From Salpingoeca rosetta (Eukaryota; Protista; Choanoflagellata), in assembly GCA_033442325.1 (NCBI GenBank), contig JAWQFM010000019.1, positions 95,046 to 143,652 of the forward strand: a stretch of DNA of 48,607 nucleotides, given 5' to 3'. Both the position numbers and the translations under genes were made by a program. The notes beneath the pieces were generated by a model that saw only the letters and a program-made list of their open reading frames with translations, made no database searches and had not been told where the DNA came from. Below, in pieces: positions 1 to 16,377 of this stretch. Each line of letters starts with the position of its first letter. The first letter of the stretch is position 1.

Positions 1-455
1 CATGCACAAGCACACAAAATTAGCACAAGACACATACACCCACCCGTCCACGATGCGGCGAAAGCACTGCGCGCCATCAACGTTGCCTGGATAGCATTTG
101 TCGTCGGTTCGTGATGGCCACGGCTGCGATGATACACCACGAAAACGCAGAGGAGTGGGCGTTTTGGTGAGTGGCTGGGTTGGAAAGGCACGCAGACAGA
201 AATGAATGTAGCAAGCTCGAGATGGACACCAGCGATAACACAGGTGAACGGAGAATCAGGCAAAACGGCAGCCGCAGGCGTGTCACCTGGCATCGAAACG
301 TGACCGCCTTGTGCCACCCGTCGTTGTCCAGTACAACGTGAGCTGGGATCGTCTGCACCCTGGCAAAATGGAAAGGACAAGGAGGCGGATGAGCAGGAAC
401 GTCGGCAACACAAGTGTGTGTGTGTGTGAGTGAGTGAGTGAGTGAGTGAGTGAGC

Positions 456-515
<60 letters not shown>

Positions 516-724
516 TGTAAGGCTCAGGCAAGACAGCAGAAGCAAGTCAACACACCACAAGAACCAAAATGGCAATGAATCGTGTCACACTTCACATCAC
601 TGCACTGCACATCACAGCGCAGGAATCATCAGCCTCTCCTCGTTCTCACTCACTCTGCAGAGACTGCTGTAACGAGCGCTGCCATCAGCAGCGACAGGAG
701 TGCGGGTTGCAGGCACGATTGCAT
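1..724 (-). CDS. Secreted/ER protein, 5' part (3 exons visible; gene runs off the window). Weak resemblance to the N-terminus of OGFOD3-like 2OG-Fe(II) oxygenases
   Basis: ATG at 724 opens MQSCLQPALLSLLMAALVTAVSA (signal peptide-like) followed by a gtgagt donor. Next exons read VQTIPAHVVLDNDGWHKAVTFRCQ (~287-360) and PWPSRTDDKCYPGNVDGAQCFRRIVDG (~45-123), with GT-AG boundaries. The family assignment is tentative. Confidence 0.6.
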
Positions 725-957
725 CTCTTTTATCTTCACAAGATGGTGATTTGATACGAGAGCAGCAGCACATCAAACAAACGACGATGGGTGGGTGGGT
801 GGCAAAATGGATGTGGGCGGGCATGACGACGTTGCTTGCTGGCAAAGTGTGTGAAAAGGTCAAATTGCAAACAAAACACTGAGGGAGGACAGCAGCGGTA
901 GAAAAATGGCAGGGATCTGCGGGAAAATTATTGCCAGCGTTGTCTCTTCAGAACGGT

Positions 958-5246
<4,289 letters not shown>

Positions 5247-5978
5247 CTTTGCCTGTCGCCCTGTCGCCAAAGCTCAGTACATCAATGTGATTTGTGCTGT
5301 TGATACCTGCGCAATCAGTGTTTAGGGATGTTTCCACCCAAATTTCGCAGACGCAACCAACACATCCTGTAATCAGGCATTGAATCCAACAGCGCTGACA
5401 GAAAACCTCCACAATCCGTGTGATGTGAAGCGTATTTAACGAAGGATAGGTTCGTTCGTCCTTGATGGCGTGGTGGCGATGATTGCACGTTTGTGTTTAC
5501 CCCTTTGTGGCTGTGCGCCTTCTCCGCTTTGCCCAGCTGTCCTGTCAGCGCAAGCAAGCACACGCCGCACAACGATGCACAACCAATCCACCACTCGACC
5601 GAACAGCGGCATCTCTCGCTCGCTCGCTCGCTTGCTTGTTGTTCCCCCCGCCTCACCACTCTCTCTGCCCAGCCAGAGTCACACATTCTCACCTGACACA
5701 CACACACGCCGCACGCGCTGAGTGCGAAATCAAAACAAACAAACAAACAAACCAAGCAAGCGCAAGGTGCAGCCACGCCAACTACCAACCACAAGTCGTC
5801 GCCACATTCACCCACAACCACAAATCAAAACAAACCAAAGCAGGCCCACTCAGGTGCCCGACCTATTTCTCTTGGATGCATGCAGGTTCTGGGAAGCGCG
5901 CACACCCAGATCATCGCGTTCTCCCTGTGGTAGGTCCGGCTTGGCGCAATCCCTGCAACGCCACAGTGATGCGCCGTG

Positions 5979-6023
<45 letters not shown>

Positions 6024-6260
6024 GGTGTGTATGTGTGTTTTGGGGTATTGTTCGTAAGGATAGATGGAAGGACAGACAGAGTGTAAACAAGTGTGAACCG
6101 ATTCCTCCTCCACCTTATTGCTGCAAAGACAAACCAAGCCCCCACTCATTTCCCATTCCCTCCGCTTGCGCGTCCCTTCCACACCCAGACCAAGCAGTGA
6201 CCAGCGACAACACGGAACTCCCCCTCTGCGCACCTCTGCCGTCTTCCTCAACCCAACACC

Positions 6261-7834
6261 ATGGCATCGCAGCAGCAGCAACAACAGCAAGATGGCTCAC
6301 AGCCACGACAGCAGCAGGCGCTGCCAGCAGCTGAGGTGACCGAGCTGGCACAAACGCTGGAGCGCGATGTCACTGCGGGCCTTGGCGTGTCCTCGGAGCT
6401 TTCCGACGCCCTTGTCTCCCTGTGCCAGGCAGGCGACGTGAACCAGCTCATGCTCATCGTCTCGCGTGTCAGCCTGGAGCAGACTGTCCTCACAGACGAC
6501 TACGACTGCGCGTCCATCCTCCACATCGGTATGCGCTCGTTTTCTTGTGGGTGTATTTGTCTGTCTGTGGAAGGGGGGATATTTGTGCGCGTGGCTGTGT
6601 GTGTTGGGGGGGGAGGTTGTGTGTGTGTGTGTGTCTGTGTGTGTGTGTGTGTGTCTGTGTGTGTGTCTGTGTGTGTGCGCGTGTGTCCCTCGTACACTGG
6701 CTCACCAACTAATCGCTTTCGCTTGCGCTGTTTGCTGTTGCTATTTTTCTTTTTTTGTCAGCTGCTGCGAGTGGCCGCCAAGACATTGTTCACAGCATCA
6801 TTCCGTACGTCCAACTCACACACAATATGTGCCAGCGCCATAATGAACCTGTGCTGAGCCACTTGTGTGCACACAACTGCATTCACACACGCACACACAC
6901 GCACACACACACGCACACGCACACACTCACACACACACGCGCACACGCACACACGCACGCACGCACACACTCACACACTCACACACTCACACACCAACAC
7001 ACAAACACTAACACACATTCACGCGCGCACACTGCAGGCTTGGAGCGCGTGTGCATGCGCAGGACAACAACGGGCGGATTCCCCTTCATGCAGCAGCAGC
7101 ACACGGACGCGTGCAGGTGGTGCAGGACCTGCTGCGCCCCGCACCACAGACCATCGACGCGCAGGACAACGACGGCAACACCGCCCTCCACCTCGCCGCC
7201 AACAACAACGACGCACAGCTGTGCCTCAAGCTCATGCACGCCAACGCAGACCCAGGCGTGCGCAACAACAAAGGCAAGACAGCCCTCGACCTTGCATCGG
7301 ACGAGCACGTGATCCAGGTCATGTCACCGCAATTCAACGGGCCGCAGCTTGTCGACGCCGTCAAGACAGGAAGCTTCTGCACCCTGCAGTCCCTCCTCAC
7401 CCGCAGCAACGTCAACTACACCATCCCCGAGCAACAGTACGTGTGTCTGTGTGTGTCTGTGTGTGTCTGTGTCTGTGTGTGCATGTGTGGGTGCGTGTCT
7501 GTGTCTGTGTGTGCCTGTGTGTCTTTGTGTGTTGGCTGCTCGTCCATCTACTCAACCACGTCTTCCGTCTCACTTTGGCACTTTCCTTCATCTCCTCCTC
7601 CCTTCACTGTCCCCCCCCCCTTTCTCCTGGCCAGACTTGCGTCGCTGCTGCATCTTGCTGCCACGTTGCACAACCCGTCCCTTGTTCATCTGCTGATTCG
7701 CTCCGGCGCCGACATTGACCGCGGCGACGCCCAGCACATGACCCCGCTCCACTGGGCCGCAGCTGCCTGCGACATTGAGGTAGGTGTGTGTCTGTGTCTG
7801 TGTCTGTGCGTCTGTGTCTGTGTCTGTGTGTACG

Positions 7835-7928
<94 letters not shown>

Positions 7929-9326
7929 TGTGTGTGTGGGTGGGTGGGTGGGTGAAATGAGGTCGGGCCGCACTTCACTCTCCCGCTGTCTCTCTCTCTT
8001 TCTCTCTTGCCCCCCCCCCCCGCATCACCTCACCTCCATACCACCACCATACCTCCGCTTCGCTTGTTCTCACCGAACCCAAACCCCACCACCCGTCCAC
8101 CCGTCTTCCCGCTTCTTGTGCAGGCTGCACATGCGTTGCTGACACACGGCGCGACTGTGGACGTGTGCGACGCAACCCTGACCACTCCTCTCCTCAAGGC
8201 CGTCAAATGGTATGCGCCAATGCAAGCACCCGAGTCTGCTTTGATGCATGCTTCGGCCTTCCTGTTATGGCGTCTCGCTCACGCTGTGTCGTCACGCACA
8301 CACGTGAATATGTGCACATGCACACATGCACCCACGCACACACACACACATGCACCCACGCACACATGCACACACACGCACACACTCATATGCACATACG
8401 CACGTGTCTCGTTTCCAGCTGCTGCTATTACATGTTGATGTACCGGAAGGCCACCGCGGCGTCGCCAACCACCCCGCCCTCAGCTGCGTCCAACGCCTCT
8501 CCTCGCGGCCAACCCACAACACGCGCCCGCGCAGCAACGTACCCATACCGGCTGCAGGGCTCCCCCAGCGGCGTTGCGGGCCGATCGGCCGTTGCTCCAG
8601 GCATTCTGCAGGCACCCGCCACCCAGCATGCAGAGGGCAGTGCCACCTCACCCCCACATCATCATCATCATCAGCAGCAGCAGCAGCAGCATCATCAGCA
8701 GCAGCAGCATCATCAGCAGCAACAGCGCGAGTCGCCAGCTGCGCAACAGTTTGCCGCCAAGTACCGCCAGGCAGTCGAGTACGTTAGCTCTTTGTGTTGT
8801 GTTGTGTTGTGTTGTGTTGTGTTGTGTGTCTGTGTTGTGTTGTGTCTGTGTCTGCCTGCCTGCCGTTGGTCTGCCTGCTTGTCTGCCTGATTGTCTGTCC
8901 CCCGATCCTTCTTCGGTCTCACCACGCCACAACACCGCCACGGCCCACCCGTGTACAGGTTCGTGAAGCTGCTGCTGCAGTGTGGTGCCAGTCCCAACAT
9001 TGCCGACAGCAAGGGAAACTGCGCCCTCCACTACACCGCCATCCACTGCCTCCCAGACGTACGCCTCCGACGCGTGATTGCTTTGTTGACATTGTTGGGC
9101 AGAAAACTTGCATGTAGATCACCACTGCTCTTCATAGTGCACGTGTGCTCACACGACAACACGCTCTGCTTTTCGTGCTGTTCAGGTCACGCATGCGCTG
9201 CTGATGCATCCCAGCACGGACGTGGACATTCGCAATCAGGACGGCAACTCCCCTCTCCACCTCGCCTGCCAGCACGACTCGGTGTGTTAGTGTGTTTGTG
9301 TGTGTGTCTGTGTGTGTGTGTGTGTG

Positions 9327-9381
<55 letters not shown>

Positions 9382-9434
9382 GTGTGTCTGACTGTCTGTT
9401 ACTGTGACTGTGTGTGTGTGTGTGTGTGTGCGTG

Positions 9435-9469
<35 letters not shown>

Positions 9470-10374
9470 GTCCGCGTCCTGTGTTCTTCGTCATCGCTTC
9501 GGCCCTCACACACACGTCACCTACCACCTGCACCCGAATTCAGGAGCGCGTGGTGGAGATGCTGCTGCCCAAGGTCGCCGATGCACTGCTGTGTGCGTGG
9601 ACAGACGACCTCGATGACGCCGACCCGGCCACCGAACATCAGGCCCAGACCGACAGCGCGTTCACCTCTGCGCCACCCACGCCGTGCAGCGGCCACCACA
9701 CCGCAAAGACGGGCGACGCACCAGAAGCAACCAACAGCAACAGCAATGTGCATGAAACCACGTTTGCTGCTGTCGATGGTTCAAAACGGAAAGTATCCCC
9801 GGCTGCCAACAAGTTTGGATTCACCCCACTCGACCTCTGTCCCCCAGGATCAACGTGCCTGGTGCGGTTCTGCAACGTGTGTGCGTGCATGTGTTTACGT
9901 GTGTGTACGTATGCGTGTGCGTGTGTGCGTCTGTGTCTGTGTTTGTTTGTGTGTGTGTGTGTGTGTTTGTGTGTGTGCGTCTCTCTGTACTGTCTGTCAT
10001 TGCCTGTCTGTACATGCGTGTCTGTGTCTGTGCTACCTGTTCAGCTTCTGTTTACACCACTTGCCTTGCCTCACAAGGTTGCTTTCTGTATCCTGTTGGT
10101 GTGTACAGACCCTGTTGCTGGCTGCTCGCGTTCTCAGCCTCTGATCCCCTAGATGCCCAACTACTGCAACTACTCTTCAAGCACGCCTCAGTCACTCTTG
10201 CTCTTCTTGCTATTCTTGCTCTTCTTGCCTGCCTTCGTTTTTGGCGTTGTTCGTGCATGCGTTACTGTGCGGTTCTTCTTTGTGACCCAACAAAGCCGCT
10301 TGTTCCCAGTGCTCCCTTCTCTGTCCTGCCCGCCGTCGCATATGAGCTGTGCTCAATCGCAATCGTATCAGTGA
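6261..10374 (+). CDS. Ankyrin-repeat protein with a polyQ/H insert and a Ser-rich C-terminus, multi-exon
   Basis: Canonical ankyrin motifs across exons: [96 protein letters not shown] introns separate them. Confidence 0.85.
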
Positions 10375-10797
10375 CCAAGAATCGTAACAGAATGATAAAC
10401 TTGAGCGGAAACGGAAGTAGGGAGGACGAGAGGTGATGTGTACGCTTGGACGGACTGCAGGACAACGAACGTTTGAAGGTTTTAGTGGGCGTGGTGGTGC
10501 TTGTTGGTTTCGGCAAACACGAGGTGGATTGACTGGAAGCTAGGAGAGGGAATTGGTTCTGGTTCTTCTGGTTGTCTGCTGTTATTCTAACACAAAAGCA
10601 CAAAGTAGCAAAGCAAGTGAGCAATCTAATGATAATGAGTTGTCAAACAGAAACTTCCTTCCCCTTTTCCAACAGAACAAAATAAAACAGAGAGAGAGAG
10701 AGCCGCGTGCAGACCAGATGAGGAGGACGAATGCTGGAATAGTCAACCAGACAACACACAGCGGCGACAAAGGAAAGCTCCTTCGTTGATGTGAAGG

Positions 10798-10804
10798 AAA
10801 AAAA
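10798..10804 (-). terminator. Pol III T-run terminator of the left tRNA-Ala
   Basis: A7 on the + strand (T7 on the - strand), about 10 nt past the tRNA 3' end. Confidence 0.7.
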
Positions 10805-10814
10805 TATACAGCGT

Positions 10815-10887
10815 TGGAGCTGCCGGGTATCGATCCCGGTACCTCTCGCATGCTAAGCGAGCGCTCTACCACTTGAGCTACAGCCCC
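10815..10887 (-). tRNA. tRNA-Ala (anticodon AGC), intronless
   Basis: Reverse complement reads GGGGCTGTAGCTCAAGTGGTAGAGCGCTCGCTTAGCATGCGAGAGGTACCGGGATCGATACCCGGCAGCTCCA: 73 nt, G3:U70 alanine determinant, anticodon loop TT-AGC-AT. Confidence 0.96.
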
Positions 10888-11187
10888 GTTGCTAACAAGT
10901 GTATGAAAATAGTACTTATGTAATACTCATGAATGCAGTAGATTATTCATGCATAATATATTTGAATTTTCCTTTCGTGCAGCATGTGAAGGAAGACAGG
11001 CATTTGGTGCCACACCCCAACCACTGTCGCACCGCACTGTGTTGTGTTGTGTCCTGACCAGAGGCGAGCTTTGAGTGTTGTCCCTCCTGCTCCCTCCTGC
11101 GGACGACTCCTGAACTCGGGAAGAGCGAGTTGTATCCCCTCTTTCCCTACCGACGTGCCTGCAAGCTAGGGGACGAAATCCGCAAGG

Positions 11188-14100
11188 ATGAGCTCACCAA
11201 AGTCAATGCAGAGGAAGGCATCCCAACGCAGCCATCGCAAGAAGGTGTTCATTTCGCTGCGTTTTGGGGAGGCCGGCCATGCAGGCAAGCTGCTCCAGCG
11301 AGAGTTGGAGCAGGTGCACGGCCTGGACGTGTTTTTGTGTGACGTCAAGCCTGGTGGCAACATGGAAGAAGAGATCATCACGGCTCTCGCGGTCTGTGAC
11401 TTGGCTGTCATCATGGGCACCAAGACGTACGGCAAGAAGACGCCTTCCACTTTCAGCACTTTCGAGGAGCTGCGGTTCATCACAACTGAGCGCAAGCCAT
11501 TCTTTTTCATCAAAATGTGCGAGCGGCTTGAAGAGTCATTTGCGCGGTTTCATCTCCCCGACTCCATCTCCTTTTTTCAGTGGATCCCTGCTTCAAGGGA
11601 TCCAGAATCCATGTCCCTACCACACGATCTCGCCCCAGCCATCGTGGACAAGCTCACCCACATCAGCACCTCTAGCAGCGCGAAGGGCGGCAAAGGTCAC
11701 TCCTCCGTCATCACACGACAGCTCCCAACGACACTGGACGCTAGCCTGACACAGTGGCTGCAGCGCTACAACATGTTGTCCTCCATGGGGCTGGTGCTTG
11801 AGAAGCGCAACATCACAAGTCTTCACAAGTTGGAGCAGGCAACAGAGGCCATGCGGAATCCGAGAAAGCATGCACTTGCGAAGCGACGACGGCAACAGCA
11901 AGAGCAGCAGGGAATGAAACGAGGAGAGCAGAGAAGTAACCCCAAATCAGAAGGAGGCCTGCAACAGTTACATGAGAGCATGTTGATGAAAGAGAAGGAG
12001 TTGAAGCCAGCCGAAATTGCCAAGTTCCGGCGGGCGTGCAAGGCGAGGACCTGGCACAACAACGAGATGGACAGTGAGGGAATGGTGGAGAGCACTGAGG
12101 GGGTGCGCGGACAAGCAGCTGAGAAGCAGGAAGACGACGAAGAGGAATACCACGAAGAAGAACAGGAAGAGATGCAGCAGCAGCAGCAAGCGAGTGTTGC
12201 GCCGACACCTGTGCGTGAAGGTGTGGCAGATGAAACCCTGTTTCGGGAGTGCCTGCAAAAGGTGAGCGACGAGGACGCCAAGGAAAAGATTCTCAGCATT
12301 TGGAACAACACGTGTGGCGAGGAGGTTCGGTGAGTACAGCCTTGACGGCAAGACATGCTCATGAGCTGAGTTGTTGCGGGAATCTGGGATACTTCTTCGT
12401 GTTGTGTTTCAGCGTTACATTATGTCTGTCAAAGGCACGACCTGACAAAGTGCGTGAGATATTCTGAGTGGTTATGATAGCCAATAATTGCACGACGTGT
12501 GTGATGACCGACGAACGCCAGTTGCACACAACATGCACTCTGACACACACACACATGCATACATACACACGCACACAATCACAATCACAACAACCCAGGC
12601 TTCTTTGGGGAAACAACCTTGGAGATATAGGCGGGAAGGCGCTTGCAGAGGCATTGAAGGTCAACACGACGCTAACAGGCCTCTAGTGAGTTGCTTGCTG
12701 TGGTTGCATGGGTGTGAATGTGTGCTTGTGCGTGCGTGTGTGCGCGCACAGGCGTGTGATTGTGTGGTACTGGCACATTGTGTTGATGCTATGGAGTGCA
12801 CACCTGACACAAGGACGTGGTTGCGGTGATAGGAATGAGCAATTGGTTTGGTTGATGACATTTCGAGCCTGGTGTGCTGTTGTGCGCGATTCACCCCCCC
12901 CCCTTGCACACGCACTTCGCACCATGACACAACCACGCACAGCCTTGAAAACAACGACCTTGGACTTGAAGCGGGAAGAGCGATTGCGGAGGCATTGAAG
13001 TTCAATGCAATGCTGGCAGTACTTGAGTGAGTTGTCTGTTGTGGCTGGGTATGAGTGATTGCGTATGTATGCGCTTGTGTTGCAGGTGCACAGTGTGCTG
13101 TTGATACCGTAGTGTGCTGTGTATTGGCTGGCATGGATGACACCGCATTTTATTTTGTATTCGTGTGCGCTTGCCTGGATGGATAGCACTCGTGGTGTAG
13201 TGGCGTGATAGCGATTGTGCTGTGGTATGTGGTAAATGTTGTGATTCAGTCTTCGTCCTGTGGTCGTTGGATATGGTGTGACAGTGTCTGGAGTCCTATG
13301 CTTCGTACGCTGTTGTAGTCGTTGGACGGACATGGTTCTTTGATTCACGGTGATTTGGTATGCGTCTTTATCAGGTGTGAGATTCACTGAACACTACACA
13401 CATGTACACGCACGCACACGCACACACACACACAAACACGCACACGCACACACACACACACACACACAACACCACCCATGGTAACAACATACAGCCTAAG
13501 CTACAACATCCTTGGACCCGAAGGCGGGAAGGCAATTGCAAAGGCACTGAAGGTCAACACGACGCTAACAACGCTTGAGTGAGTTGTTTGTTTTGGCTCT
13601 GTGTAGATGTGATTCTGTGCGTGTGCGTGCGTGGCATTGTCGTATTTGGACTGTTGATGTGATGTGCTCTGATGTATTGTGTGTTGGGTGATTGTGGTGA
13701 ACTATTTTGAATGCGTACGTGATGTGTGCTGTGAATACATGAACTGCGCGCCACGCGAACACTCTATCCAAACTCACACGAATGCATCCAGCCTGTATAA
13801 CAACGGCGTAGGCTTTGAAGCCGGAATCGCGATTGCAGAGGCTCTGAAGGTCAACACGACGCTTACGGAGCTGGAGTAAGCAAAATTCTGCCGTGGTGTG
13901 GGCATGAGATCGTTGTGTCACGTTCCTGGCGCATGGGTGTTACATACCCATTTGTTGGAATGACGCCGCCTGTGCTTCGTCGTGCAGACGTACATTTCAT
14001 GGCTAACGCCTTCATTCCCCCCCCCCCATCGTTGGTGTTCAACTAATTGCACTTCAACAGTGTTGATGACAACTTCATCCCGGGCAAAATCAAATCAGCC

Positions 14101-16377
14101 ATCAATTCGGCTCTGAGGAGAAACAAGAAACTCGCACCTCGCATGCAAGAGCTGAATGCGCTACTTGAGTACGGCTCCGTACCCCTGTCCACGGCCAAGG
14201 TGTTTGTTTGCGGGCATTTTGGCATCGGCAAGACCACCCTAATCAAGACGCTGCAGTCGTCTCCACACGTCTTCAACACCATGGTGCGCCGCCGTCGCAA
14301 AACATATGACGAGCCCGATCGCCCAGATCAGCGCACGCCCGGCATTGAGATGCACAACTTTGCACTCAAGAGAGGCAGGTCGTCTGGCAGCGTCTCCCTC
14401 ACACCATCGCCCGTCAACGCAGCAGAAGGGAGCGAAGACTCATCCCGTCACGAGACAGCGCTCCCGCCGTGCAAGCTGCGGGTGTATGACTTCGCTGGGC
14501 AGGTGGAGTACCACGTGGTGCACGAGCTACTGTTTGCGGACCACAACGCCGTCTTTGTTGTGTGCGTGGACCTGTCCAAGGACATGGCCAACGTGGAGGA
14601 GTCTGTGCTGTACTGGCTTCGCTTCATCAAGACGCGCCTGCACCAAGCCGTGCACCGTTCACCGCATCCGCCACACGTCTTCATTGTCGGCACGAAGGCA
14701 GACAAGCCACACGAGCACAACACGCTGGTGGAGACAGCAGCAGAAGCTATACCACATGCTTCTGGTGTCTCTTTGCCGCCAATGCAGTTTCCGAGTGGTG
14801 ACACGCTGTTGCAGAGCCGACGACTGCAGGAGTGGTTTGGTGACACGATGCGTATCCATCCACACGTGATCCCCCTCAACTGCCATGACTTGGGCAGTGC
14901 CTGCATGCATCACTTGCGCGATTTGCTTCACGCTACCTGGTTGGAGGTCGTGCAGCAAGACATTCAAGTGCCCAAAGTGGTGGAATTGATTGGCGAGGGG
15001 CTGCAACTGTGCAGGAAAGAACATGATGGGGTATGGCAGCTACAGCGGCTGTTTTCCTTCCTTGTTGGGAACGTGGAGGAGTTGACACATGCCCCAGCCA
15101 TCACGAAGACATTTTCTTGAAGGCGCTCAGGTGTGTGTATGTGTGTGTGTTGTGTGTGTGTGTGTGTGTGTGTGTGCGTTCGCATCTGTTCCTGACTTTG
15201 TTGCTGTGCGAACACCTACTACGACCAATGCTCACCACTATCCCCCATACCCACACCGCCTCCTCATTCAGCTACCTACATGTGCGTGGAGACATTTTGT
15301 GGTTCCAGTCCATCCCATCTCTTGCCGACCATGTCTTCGTCTCCCCTTCCTGGCTGCTGAGCAAAGTAGTTGGCCCAGCGCTGGCACCGGCCCACTTTCC
15401 CGTCCACTTGCGAGCGAGGGAAGGGCGCGTGATGTTCTCGGAGATGCAGCGTGTGTTCGGGCGGGTGATGGATCCAGACCTCGTGGTGGACGTGCTGAGC
15501 AGCATGCTGCTGTGCTATGAAGAGGACGCCGCCCTGCATGAGGGTAATGGTGACCGTGTTTTCATGCTGCCGTCGCGGCTGGAGTGGCGCCCAGAGCGTC
15601 TGTGGGGAGAAGATGGGTCTGTGGAAGTGTTTGCCGGCCGCCGCCTGCAAATTGCGCAACACCACGGGATGATTTTCCCCCCTGGCGTGTTCCCGCGTGT
15701 GCAGTCACGCATCGTGCAGTGTTTGGATTACACCACAAGCCTATGGCAGACAGGGTTCTTTGGCCTGCTGTCTTCTGTTGAGTGCTTGGGCCGTATTGTT
15801 AGCGACACGTGCATTGATCTGTGGGTCCGCTGCCCCGCCACACACAAGGAGCACGCTTGGCTGGCCTTGGACATGGTGAGTTATGATGATGTTGGTGGTG
15901 GTGGTGGTGATGGTGGTGGTGTAGATGTGTATGTGTCGATGTGTCGTGTGTGGGTGAAAAGTAGTTTGCGACACGGCTTTTCTGTGGTGATGCTAAAGTT
16001 CTCACGTTCGTTCACACACACACAACACACACACACAACACACACAACACACACAACACACACAACACACAACACACACACACATACACACATCATGTTA
16101 GATGCTGAGCGAGGTTGAGGAGGAGGTTGAGGGCATCGAGTACGACCATCTCGTGCTGAGCCACGCCCACCTGTCCTCCTACCGGCGCCATCCAGCCGGA
16201 TACCCGCTCCAGGACGTGGAGGACGCCGCCGCCGCCGGTGAAACGCTCATCATTCGCTCGGTGGACGATACATCCAGCCCTGGCAAGAAGGAACACGCGC
16301 GGGACGAGCTGAAGAACCTCCTCCGTGAAGACCTGTTCCTGGCCTACGTAGCTGATGCGTCTGATGTGTGTGTTTGA
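11188..16377 (+). CDS. Roco protein TIR-SAM-like-LRR(RI-type x4-5)-Roc-COR; frameshift in COR (possible pseudogene or assembly error)
   Basis: Exons 11188-12329, 12599-12685, 12943-13026, 13495-13578, 13792-13875, 14061-15130, 15272-15875, 16102-16377. TIR: KVFISLRF...CDLAVIMGTKTY...TFEELRFI. SAM-like: SLTQWLQRYNM...ITSLHKL...LKPAEIAKFRRA. Roc: GHFGIGKTT, RTPGI, VYDFAGQVEY, IVGTKAD. COR: LKALSYLHVRGDILWF, FMLPSRL, FPPGVFPRVQ. Confidence 0.9.
12599..13875 (+). repeat. Tandem exon-intron modules, each exon encoding one ribonuclease-inhibitor/NLRC3-type LRR
   Basis: Exons of 87, 84, 84 and 84 nt, all with phase-2 boundaries. Consensus LxxNxLGxEGGKAIAEALKVNTTLTxL. Confidence 0.9.

Noticed and set aside
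5300-6250. Possible extra gene between DCTN4 and the ankyrin gene (ORF 5483-6334)
   Set aside because: No recognisable motifs and it contains microsatellite. It is more likely a divergent promoter or 5' UTR.
10582-10872. ORF MVERSLSMREVPGSIPGSS..., with the same peptide inside ORF 16519-17271
   Set aside because: The shared peptide is just the translated tRNA-Ala sequence.
14040-14061. Separate Roc gene starting at TTG 14047, or a broken splice acceptor
   Set aside because: A CTAAT branch site and a CAG acceptor at 14058-14060 join the last LRR exon in frame, so it is one gene.
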